Source: an uncultured Burkholderiaceae bacterium
Lineage (GTDB): Bacteria > Pseudomonadota > Gammaproteobacteria > Burkholderiales > Burkholderiaceae_E
Direction: 5' to 3'
DNA length: 37,091 nt
Assembly: GCA_964354355.1 (NCBI GenBank)
Contig: CAYGZN010000002.1
Coordinates: forward strand, 1 to 37,091
Positions within the stretch are counted from its first letter, which is position 1. The number at the start of each line of letters is the position of its first letter. Below, in pieces: positions 28,909 to 36,648 of this stretch. The position numbers and the translations under genes are program-made. The notes under the pieces were generated by a model that had not been told where the DNA came from, did not search any database, and worked only from the letters and a program-made list of their open reading frames with translations.

Positions 28909-30075
28909 ATGGACTTTGCCTACACAGCCGAGCAGCTGCAAGTCACCGAGGCCGTCGGGCGCATCTGCGGGTCCTTCGACCCCGAGTACTGGCTCGCGCG
29001 CGACAGCGACGGCCTGTTCCCGCACGACTTCCATCGCGCCATGGCCCAGGGTGGCTGGCTCGGGATCTGCATGCCTCAGGAACACGGCGGCGCTGGCCTG
29101 GGCATTCAGGCCGGTGCAGCCATGCTGCAGGCCATCAATCGCTCGGGTGCGGGCATGTCGGGCTCGTCGGCGGTCCACATGAACATCTTCGGCCTGAACC
29201 CGGTGGTGCGATTCGGCACCCCGGAGCAGAAGGCGCGCATCCTGCCGCGCATCATCTCCGGTGAGGACAAGGCCTGCTTCGCGGTGACCGAGCCGACCAC
29301 GGGACTGGACACCACCAACCTGCGCACGCGCGCCGAGCGGCGCGGCGACCGCTACATCATCAGCGGCCAGAAGGTGTGGATCTCCACCGCGCAGGTGGCC
29401 AACAAGATGCTCATCATCGCACGCACCACGCCGAAGGAGGAGACGAAACGCCCGGTCGACGGTCTGACGCTCTTCTATACCGACCTGGATCGCAACCGGA
29501 TCTCGGTGCACGCGATCGACAAGATGGGGCGCAAGTGCGTCGATTCGAACGAACTCTTCATCGACCAGCTCGAGGTGCCGATCGATGACCGAATCGGCGA
29601 GGAAGGACAAGGCTTCAAGTGCCTGCTGCACGGGCTGAACCCCGAGCGCATCTTCGGCGCCGCATGCGCCGTGGGCTTGGGCCACGCCGCGCTGGAGCGC
29701 GCCACCCAGTATGCACGCGAGCGCATCGTGTTCGACCGTCCGATCGGCAAGAACCAGGGGATCCAGCATCCGCTCGCGGAGCGCTGGATCGAACTGGAAG
29801 CGGCCGAGCTGCTGATGTTGAAGGCTGCGTGGCAGTACGACCAGGGGCTGGACTGCGGACCTGCAGCCAATGCCGCCAAGTACTTTGCCGCCGAAGCCGG
29901 CTACAAGGCGTGCGAGACCGCCGTGCTCACGCATGGCGGCTTCGGCTACGCGAAGGAATACCACGTCGAGCGCTACCTGCGCGAGGCCATGATGCTGCGA
30001 ATCGTTCCGGTCAGCAAACAGCTGGTGCTGTGCCACATCGCCGAGCGGGTGCTGGGGCAGGAGAAGTCCTACTGA
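28909..30075 (+). CDS. Acyl-CoA dehydrogenase (paralogue of 11577..12743)
   Basis: ORF 28855..30075, trimmed to the ATG at 28909 (MDFAYTAEQLQV), which is preceded by GGAGGGGG. It is 388 aa, the same length as the 11.6-kb copy, and aligns to it without gaps. Both end AERVLGxxKSY. Confidence 0.9.
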   Translation: MDFAYTAEQLQVTEAVGRICGSFDPEYWLARDSDGLFPHDFHRAMAQGGWLGICMPQEHGGAGLGIQAGAAMLQAINRSGAGMSGSSAVHMNIFGLNPVVRFGTPEQKARILPRIISGEDKACFAVTEPTTGLDTTNLRTRAERRGDRYIISGQKVWISTAQVANKMLIIARTTPKEETKRPVDGLTLFYTDLDRNRISVHAIDKMGRKCVDSNELFIDQLEVPIDDRIGEEGQGFKCLLHGLNPERIFGAACAVGLGHAALERATQYARERIVFDRPIGKNQGIQHPLAERWIELEAAELLMLKAAWQYDQGLDCGPAANAAKYFAAEAGYKACETAVLTHGGFGYAKEYHVERYLREAMMLRIVPVSKQLVLCHIAERVLGQEKSY

Positions 30076-30633
30076 TCGGCAGCAGTCGGATCGCGCCGGC
30101 TGCCGCCAGGCGCCCGATCGCCGCGCTCTCGAGCCCGAGCACCTCCTGCAGCATGGCCTGCGACAGGCCGCGCGCTCGCACCTGCCGATCGTCGAACACC
30201 TGCGCCAGGCCGCAGACCGGCCCCGCTGGCAAACCCGCGTTCTCCAGCGCCACCGGCAGGTCGACCGCCTTCCTCGCCGCGATGGCCGGCTCCAGCACCG
30301 CGCCCAACGGCTGGCGGTTGCGGCCCCGCAGGGCCAACGTCGCAAAGCGCGGGTCGCTCACCCGCTCGCCGCAACCCAGCACCTCGCACAGGCGCGCGAA
30401 CTGCTCGTTGTTGCCCGCGACGATGACGATGGCCTCGTCGGCGCAGTGGAAGAGGCGCGAAGGCATGCCGCCGATGCCCTCGGCGCCACGGCGCACCGGG
30501 ACGTCCAGGTGCTGGCCTTTGCGCGATACCGTGTCGCGGTGGCACAGAGCCGCCGGAATGGCCGAGACCGCATCGTGGCCGGCCAGGATGCGGCTGAGGT
30601 CGAGGACACAATCTGTTTCGAGGCTTGGCTCAT
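30069..30633 (-). pseudogene. Collapsed family III (CaiB/BaiF) CoA-transferase remnant
   Basis: The frame of track ORF 30011..30907 reads SLETDCVLDLSRILAGH / AVSAIPAALCHRDTVSRKGQHLDV / RRGAEGIGGMPSRLFHCADEAIVIVAGNNEQFARLCEVLG..DPRFAT..NR...GLPAGPVCGLAQVFDDRQVRARGL / QEVLGLESAAIGRLAAAGAI. These are ordered blocks of a ~400-aa family III CoA-transferase compressed into <190 codons. The only ATG (30633) is in a different frame. Confidence 0.55.
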
Positions 30634-30639
30634 GGCGGT

Positions 30640-31473
30640 TCAGCTCAGGTCGAAGTCCATCGATCGCACGAAGGCACCCCAGTCGGCGCGCTGCGGCTTC
30701 GCGTACTGCTCGGCACGTTCGTCCGACCAGGCACGCGGCGGCGCCGCGGTGGGTGGCAGCACGGCGGCCCGCGCCGCGACGTAGCGGCGGTCGAATTCGT
30801 CGATCGCGGCATCGTCGTCGGGCGAGCCGATGCGATCGACGTGGAACGTTGCCGCCAGCGGCAGGCGCGGGTTCACGCGCCGCACCTGTGCCGGCCAGCC
30901 CAGGCACAGACCGGCGACCGGCACCACCCGCTCGGGCAGTTCCAGGATATCGGCCAGGCGACGCGGGTGGTTGCGGATCATGCTGATCGGGCAGCCCCCC
31001 AGGCCCGCCGCACCGGCGGCGTTCAGGAAGTTCATCATCACCATCGCGGCATCGACGGTCGGGTTGAAGAACCCGTCGAGGTGGTCGTTCGTGAAGGGCT
31101 GGCCACGGCGCTCGAATAGCCGCCGGAAGCGGCGTCCGTTGGCGCAGAAGACCACCAGCGCCGGTGCGTCGGCCATCCAGGGCATGCCAGGGACCAGTGC
31201 GTGGATCGCGGCACGGCGCGCTGCGTCGCGCACGTCGACGATGTCGGTCTGCTGCAGGAAGCTCTTCGACGGCGCAGCCAGAGCGCAGGCGGCGAGCAGT
31301 CTCACCAGTTCGGGGGAAACCGGGGCTTCGGACCAGGCGCGATGCGAGGTCTGGCTCGCGATAGTGAGCAGTTCGGGCAGGCCGCTCACGCCTTCAGGCA
31401 CTTCGACATCCTGGCCGAAGCGCTCCGCCAGCACGGCGCTCAGCGCGGCAGCATCTGCGCGGCGATGGCTCAT
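30640..31473 (-). CDS. Nitroreductase-family NAD(P)H-flavin oxidoreductase
   Basis: 277 aa. Family strings are SHRAWSEAPVSPELVRLLAACALAAPSKSFLQQ and GGCPISMIRN, consistent with an NfsA-like fold. Its start codon overlaps the TetR stop (ATGA). Confidence 0.8.
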   Translation of the reverse strand: MSHRRADAAALSAVLAERFGQDVEVPEGVSGLPELLTIASQTSHRAWSEAPVSPELVRLLAACALAAPSKSFLQQTDIVDVRDAARRAAIHALVPGMPWMADAPALVVFCANGRRFRRLFERRGQPFTNDHLDGFFNPTVDAAMVMMNFLNAAGAAGLGGCPISMIRNHPRRLADILELPERVVPVAGLCLGWPAQVRRVNPRLPLAATFHVDRIGSPDDDAAIDEFDRRYVAARAAVLPPTAAPPRAWSDERAEQYAKPQRADWGAFVRSMDFDLS

Positions 31474-32240
31474 GCCTTCTCTCCAGGCGAGCGGCGAGGC
31501 TGGGTGGCGCGTCCGCGCGGCAGCAGCGCGCGCATCGGCCGGGTCACCGCGGACTGTCTCAGCGACTCGGGCACGTCGAGCCCGATGAAGTGCATCACCA
31601 TCTCGTTGAGCCAGAAGACCTGCTCGCGGGTGGTCAGCGGCCGCACCGGCTGGTCGATCATCAGCACCGAATAGACCAGGCTGCTGGAGACGAACCAGAA
31701 GGCCGTGCCGGCCTGCCGGATGAAGGCGCGGTCGCCGGCACGGCCGGCGGCCTCGGCGACGGCCTCGATCCAGATCTGTACCATCTTGAACGCGGCCACG
31801 CGGACGATGCTCCAGTAGCCGGGTTCGTCGCTGGCCCGCTGGTACAGCGCGCGGATCATGCTCTCGTTGCGCTGCACGAAGCCCACATAGTCCTGCACAC
31901 AGCGATCGACCGTGTCGCGCAGCGACACGCCCACGTAGCGCCCCTGTGCCGCCTGCGCCTGCAGGGCCTCGACCTCCTGCGCCATCGCGACCTCGACGAC
32001 GCTGGCGAACAGCGCCTCCTTGTCGTGGAAGCGGAAGTACAGCGCACCCACCGAGCAGCCGACGGCGCGCGCGATCGCGGCCATCGGCGTGCTGGCGTAG
32101 CGACCCTCGAGGACCAGGTCGCGGGCGCAGGCCAGGGCCTTGTCGCGCAGCACGCGGCTGCGCTCCTGCATGACGGGATGGGCGCCCCCCGGCTCATGGC
32201 CGGGGGCGAACTCGGGCAGCGACTTCAGGCGTGTGTTCAT
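31470..32240 (-). CDS. TetR/AcrR-family transcriptional regulator
   Basis: ORF 31470..32642, trimmed to the ATG at 32240 (MNTRLKSLPEF...). The HTH reads STPMAAIARAVGCSVGALYFRFHDKEALF. The longer form would run through the divergent promoter into the TauD gene. Confidence 0.85.
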   Translation of the reverse strand: MNTRLKSLPEFAPGHEPGGAHPVMQERSRVLRDKALACARDLVLEGRYASTPMAAIARAVGCSVGALYFRFHDKEALFASVVEVAMAQEVEALQAQAAQGRYVGVSLRDTVDRCVQDYVGFVQRNESMIRALYQRASDEPGYWSIVRVAAFKMVQIWIEAVAEAAGRAGDRAFIRQAGTAFWFVSSSLVYSVLMIDQPVRPLTTREQVFWLNEMVMHFIGLDVPESLRQSAVTRPMRALLPRGRATQPRRSPGEKA

Positions 32241-32296
32241 GACGGGATAGTGCCACCGCGGCAGGCCTCTTCGGGTTCGAATCGACGCATTTGCGG

Positions 32297-32346
32297 TTGA
32301 CAGGGTACGCAGGCATGCCTCAGAATCTAAATCACGTTCAGATTCT
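32297..32346 (+). promoter_or_regulatory. Promoter of the TauD operon with overlapping palindromes (candidate TetR operator)
   Basis: The promoter reads TTGACA (32297..32302), then a 17-18 nt spacer, then (T)CAGAAT (32320..32326). A perfect 10-bp palindrome AGGCATGCCT (32311..32320) lies in the spacer. The inverted repeat AGAATCT (32322..32328) / AGATTCT (32340..32346) overlaps the -10 and the predicted start site. The RBS GAAAGAGG precedes the ATG at 32365. Confidence 0.5.
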
Positions 32347-32364
32347 ACCCGAAAGAGGTCGTCC

Positions 32365-33432
32365 ATGTCCAGATCCATACCTGCCCCCGAGGGTGTGTAC
32401 CGCCACCCCAGTGCCTGGACCGGCGCCGAGATGGCCGGGCGCGACGACTGGATCGTGCGTCTGGGCGACGCCGAGAACGCCGAACTGCGTGCGGCGCTGG
32501 CGAGCGCCCGTGCGAAGGGGGCCGATGTCCCTGGCCTGACCGCCAGCGACTTCCCGCTGCCCACCGTCGGGCCGCAGCTGAACGCGCTGGCCCAGGAGGT
32601 GGTCAACGGCCGTGGCTTCGCGCTGGTCCGCGGTCTTCGCATCGCCGACCTGCCGGCCGCCGACGCAGCGCTCGTCTACTGGGGAATCGGCAGCTACATG
32701 GGTCGAGGGCGCGCGCAGAACGCGCAGGGGGACATGCTGGGTCACGTCACCGACCTCGGCCTGGACTTCCGCACGGACCCGAATGCGCGCGGCTACCAGA
32801 CGCGGCTGCGCCTGCCGTTCCACAACGATGCGATGGACATCGTCGGCCTGCTGTGCCTGCAGCCGGCCCGAGCCGGCGGCCTCTCGCGCGTGGTCAGCAG
32901 CACCGCGATCCACAACGCCGTGCTGCAGCAGCGGCCCGACCTGATGGACGCAATGATGTCGCCGTTCTGCATCGACCGCCGCGGGGAGGCGCCCGACGGC
33001 AAGAAGCCGTACTACGTCGGTGCGATCTTCGAGCGCGCGGGCGAGCGACTGTTCTGCCGCTACAACCGCACCTACATCGAATCGGCCCAGCGTTTCCCGG
33101 AGGTGCCGCGCCTGACGCCTCGGCAGATCGAAGCGCTGGACCTGATCGACGCACTGTGTGACGACCCGACGCTGTACCTCGACATGGAGCTTCAGCCGGG
33201 TGACATGCAGTTCATCTGCAACCACACCGTGCTGCATTCGCGCACCGACTACGAGGACTGGCCCGAGCGCGAGCGTCGGCGCTATCTGCTGCGCCTGTGG
33301 CTGGACACGGGTCTCGTCAAGGATCTGCCGCCGTCGTTCGTCGACCGCTATGCCGACACGCTGGCTTGGCGCCAGGACCCCCGGCCGCCGGTCTTCGACC
33401 TCTCGATGCGGCGCGCCGAACTGGCGCACTGA
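32365..33432 (+). CDS. TauD/TfdA-family Fe(II)/2-oxoglutarate-dependent dioxygenase (long form), copy 1
   Basis: 355 aa. The facial-triad candidates are the H-x-D in LPFHNDAMD and the distal His in CNHTVLHSR. The GDMQFICNH region is also present. Confidence 0.85.
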   Translation: MSRSIPAPEGVYRHPSAWTGAEMAGRDDWIVRLGDAENAELRAALASARAKGADVPGLTASDFPLPTVGPQLNALAQEVVNGRGFALVRGLRIADLPAADAALVYWGIGSYMGRGRAQNAQGDMLGHVTDLGLDFRTDPNARGYQTRLRLPFHNDAMDIVGLLCLQPARAGGLSRVVSSTAIHNAVLQQRPDLMDAMMSPFCIDRRGEAPDGKKPYYVGAIFERAGERLFCRYNRTYIESAQRFPEVPRLTPRQIEALDLIDALCDDPTLYLDMELQPGDMQFICNHTVLHSRTDYEDWPERERRRYLLRLWLDTGLVKDLPPSFVDRYADTLAWRQDPRPPVFDLSMRRAELAH

Positions 33433-33462
33433 GTGCCGCGACCTGCAGAAAGGGACGCCTCG

Positions 33463-34545
33463 ATGACTACGACATCCGCACCCCTCACGGCGGACCCCGA
33501 CGCCCTGCCGCAGTTTCACGATGCCGCGGCCTGGCATGGGCCCGAGATGGCCCGGCGCGGGGACTGGCTCGCCGAACTGACACCGGCCGAGCTGCACGAG
33601 CTCGATGCGGCAGTGGCAGCCGCGCTGGCGCGCGGTGTCGATCTCGTCACCATGACCGAGGCCGACGTGCCGCTGCCGACGCTCGGTCTGCGGCTGCGGG
33701 CGCTGCGGCACGAGATCCTGCATGGCCGAGGCTTCGTGCTGCTTCGCGGCTGGCCGAGCACCGAACGCACGATGGTGCAGAACGCGTGCGCTTTCCGCGC
33801 CGTCGGCGCCTACCTCGGCGAGGCGCTGTCTCAGAACGCCAAGGGCCACGTGCTCGGGCACGTTGCGAACCTGGGGCTCGACTACAGCGATCCCACGACA
33901 CGGGGCTACCAGACCGGCGCCGAGCTGAAGTACCACACCGACGGTGGCGACATCGTGGGCCTGCTGTGCATCCGGCCGTCCAGGGCCGGTGGGCTGTCCA
34001 AGCTGTGCAGTTCGACCACGGTGTGGAACGAGGTGGCGCGTCGTCGGCCCGACCTCGCCCGCGTGCTGCTGGAGCCCTTTCACTTCTCCCGCACCGGTGA
34101 GGTCCGGCCCGGGCAGGCGCGCACCTTCCGCTCGCCGATCTTTCAGCCCTGGCAAGGCCGCATGATCGCGGTGCTGATCCAGAGCTTCATCCACAAGGCT
34201 CAGGCCTTCGAGGAAGTGCCGCGCCTGAAGCCGCAACAGACCGAGGCGCTGGCCTTCGTCAACACCCTGTGCGACGACCCGGACATCCGCCTGGACATGG
34301 ACTTCCGCCCGGGCGACATGCAGTTCCTGTGCAACCACTTCATCTTCCACTCGCGCACCGCGTACCAGGACTGGCCAGAGCCGGACCGCAGGCGTCACCT
34401 GCTGCGGCTGTGGGTGTCGCATCCCGACGGCCCTGCCCTGCCGCCCAATCTCACGACCGAATTCCAGGGGTGCACCGCCAGCGGCCGACCCGACGGAATC
34501 CGCATCCCCGGCGTGGCGCTGATCTCGCCGCTCCAGCCGGCCTGA
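33463..34545 (+). CDS. TauD/TfdA-family Fe(II)/2-oxoglutarate-dependent dioxygenase (long form), copy 2
   Basis: ORF 33433..34545, trimmed to the ATG at 33463 (MTTTSAPLTADPD). It has LKYHTDGGD and CNHFIFHSR, and it is collinear with copy 1 (shared GYQT, DIVGLLC, RAGGLS, PGDMQF, RRxLLRLW). Confidence 0.85.
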   Translation: MTTTSAPLTADPDALPQFHDAAAWHGPEMARRGDWLAELTPAELHELDAAVAAALARGVDLVTMTEADVPLPTLGLRLRALRHEILHGRGFVLLRGWPSTERTMVQNACAFRAVGAYLGEALSQNAKGHVLGHVANLGLDYSDPTTRGYQTGAELKYHTDGGDIVGLLCIRPSRAGGLSKLCSSTTVWNEVARRRPDLARVLLEPFHFSRTGEVRPGQARTFRSPIFQPWQGRMIAVLIQSFIHKAQAFEEVPRLKPQQTEALAFVNTLCDDPDIRLDMDFRPGDMQFLCNHFIFHSRTAYQDWPEPDRRRHLLRLWVSHPDGPALPPNLTTEFQGCTASGRPDGIRIPGVALISPLQPA

Positions 34546-34597
34546 GCCGTCACGCGCCGGCCCGACCCACGTAGCTCACCTGCAGGGCGACACACGC

Positions 34598-35614
34598 ATG
34601 AACCGATCGATCGACCGCCGCACAGCGCTCACGAGACTGGCGGGATACGCCGTCGGCGCGACCACGCTGAGCCAGCCGATTGCCGCCAAGGCCCAGGGCG
34701 CGCTTCCCGATGGCTGGCCGAACAGGCCCGTCAGGCTGGTGATCCCATCCGGCGCGGGGGCGCAGACCGACATCGTTGCGCGCTATGTCGGTGATCACCT
34801 CGGCAAGGCGTTCGGCCAACCCTTCATCGCCGAGAACAAGCCGGGGGCCAGCGGCAATATCGGCGCGATGGCAGTGGTCCAGGCGCCCGCCGACGGCTAC
34901 TCGCTGCTGTTCAGCGCCGCGTCGTTCACCGTCGTGCCGGCGGCGCTCAATCCCAATCAGCCGTACGACCTCCTGCGCGATCTGACGCCGATCGTGCAGA
35001 TCGGCATCGGCGGCCTGTTTCTCGCCGTCGCGCCGGAACTTCCGGTCAAGACCGTGCAGGACCTGTTCGAGTTGGCGCGCAAGGAGCCGGGCAAGTACGC
35101 CTACGGCACCACCGGCATCGGCTCGACCGGCCATCTGATCATGGCCGCGTTGCTGTCGCAGCGCGGGCTGCAGATGATCCACGTGTCCTACAAGTCGTCG
35201 GCCGACGTGCTGCGCGATCTCAGTGGAGGTGTGCTCCAGGTCGGCTGGGTCGACACCACGTCCTCGCTCGGCCCCATCCAGGCGGGCAAGGTGCGGGCTC
35301 TGGCCCACGGATCGACGGTCCGGGCGCCGAAGTCGCCCGACATTCCGCCGCTGAAGGACGTGGGCATCCCGTGGGAGCTCAATGGCTGGCTGGGCCTGTT
35401 TGCACGCACCGGCACACCGATGCCGATTGTCCGCGCGCTCAATGCCGAGGTGAACAAGCTCTTCGGCGGTGACGAGGGACGTGCCCGGCTGGCGGCGATG
35501 AACGCGGCGAGCCCACCGCCCACGTCGCCCGAGGAGTTCGCCCAGATGATCCGCCGCGACCTGCCAGCGTGGCGAAAGATCGTCGTCGACAACCAGATCA
35601 CGCCGACGACCTGA
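34598..35614 (+). CDS. Bug-family (TctC-like) tripartite tricarboxylate transporter substrate-binding protein
   Basis: 338 aa. The signal peptide carries RR (MNRSIDRRTALTRLAGYAVGATTLSQPIAAKA). PNRPVRLVIPSGAGAQTDIVAR and ENKPGASGNIG are Bug-family hallmarks. No tctA or tctB gene is present in the window. Confidence 0.9.
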   Translation: MNRSIDRRTALTRLAGYAVGATTLSQPIAAKAQGALPDGWPNRPVRLVIPSGAGAQTDIVARYVGDHLGKAFGQPFIAENKPGASGNIGAMAVVQAPADGYSLLFSAASFTVVPAALNPNQPYDLLRDLTPIVQIGIGGLFLAVAPELPVKTVQDLFELARKEPGKYAYGTTGIGSTGHLIMAALLSQRGLQMIHVSYKSSADVLRDLSGGVLQVGWVDTTSSLGPIQAGKVRALAHGSTVRAPKSPDIPPLKDVGIPWELNGWLGLFARTGTPMPIVRALNAEVNKLFGGDEGRARLAAMNAASPPPTSPEEFAQMIRRDLPAWRKIVVDNQITPTT

Positions 35615-35721
35615 TCCCCGCAGCGTTGTCGCTTTCCGACTACCCGCCCGCAGCGCCCCCGCGGGCGACGGACGCGCCGCTGCGCGCACTGCAACCGCCA
35701 CCGACCAAAGGCCGCCGCACG

Positions 35722-36528
35722 ATGAACGCCGAATCCGACGAACTGCTCTGCCGCCAGGACGGCGCCGTCGCCACCCTGACGCTCAACCGGCCCGAGCGCC
35801 ACAACACCTGGACGCCCACGATGGGCCCGCGCCTGGAGGCGCTGGTGCGCCAATGCGCCGACGACGAGTCGGTCCGCGTGATCGTCATCACCGGGGCCGG
35901 TCGTACCTTCTGCGGCGGAGCCGACATGTCCGTGCTGCAGTCGGCGCAGGAGTCGGGTGTGAGCCCGCTCGCGCGGCGAGCGCGCAGCGACGACGATTTT
36001 GCGCAGCGCTACAGCTTCCTGCTCGGCATCCCCAAGCCCATCATCTGCGCGCTCAACGGCCCGGCGGTTGGCATCGGCGCGGTGCTGCCGATGTTCTGCG
36101 ACCTGCGCTACGCCGCCGCCCACGCGCGCATCGGCGCGCTGTTCGTGCGCCGCGGCCTGGTGGCCGAGCACGGAATGGCCTGGCTGGTGCCGCGCCTGAT
36201 CGGCACGGCCCACGCGATGGATCTGCTGTTGACAGGTCGCATGGTCGGCGCCGACGACGCGCATCGCATGGGGCTCGTGAGCGCGGTCTTTCCGCAAGAG
36301 AGTTTCGCAACGGACGTGGCTGCGCGGGCGGCGGAACTTGCCACGACCGTCTCGCCGCGCGCGGCCGGCATCGTCAAGCGCCAGGTCTACCAGGCCTGGC
36401 GCCAGACGCTGGCCGAAGCCGCCCATGCCGCCGACGCCGAACTGCCCGGGTGCATCGCCAGTGAAGACTTCCGCGAAGGCGTGCGCCACTTCGTCGAGAA
36501 GCGGCCGGCCGCGTTCACGGGCCGATGA
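35722..36528 (+). CDS. Enoyl-CoA hydratase/isomerase (crotonase) family protein
   Basis: ORF 35569..36528, trimmed to the ATG at 35722 (MNAESDELLCRQDGAVATLTLNRPERHN). Family strings are ITGAGRTFCGGADM and the C-terminal FREGVRHFVEKRPAAF. Confidence 0.85.
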   Translation: MNAESDELLCRQDGAVATLTLNRPERHNTWTPTMGPRLEALVRQCADDESVRVIVITGAGRTFCGGADMSVLQSAQESGVSPLARRARSDDDFAQRYSFLLGIPKPIICALNGPAVGIGAVLPMFCDLRYAAAHARIGALFVRRGLVAEHGMAWLVPRLIGTAHAMDLLLTGRMVGADDAHRMGLVSAVFPQESFATDVAARAAELATTVSPRAAGIVKRQVYQAWRQTLAEAAHAADAELPGCIASEDFREGVRHFVEKRPAAFTGR

Positions 36529-36569
36529 TGCGCATCCCCCGCAGCGCCGTGAGCTTGCCTTGATCATTC

Positions 36570-36589
36570 GCCCGCCACGTTCGGCGGGC
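36570..36589. terminator. Hairpin between the convergent crotonase and CaCA genes
   Basis: GCCCGCC-acgttc-GGCGGGC forms a 7-bp stem. There is no clear U-tract on either strand. Confidence 0.25.
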
Positions 36590-36648
36590 AGCAGCCCAGG
36601 AAAGCACCCAGCCAGCGCAGCCAGGTGATGACGAACCGGCTCATCGGC

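Noticed and set aside
35640-35670. The CGCCCGC...GCGGGCG stem after the Bug gene, as a possible terminator separating it from the crotonase.
   Set aside because: The stem is short (7 bp), the loop is C-rich, and no U-tract follows. This is not enough to call a terminator.
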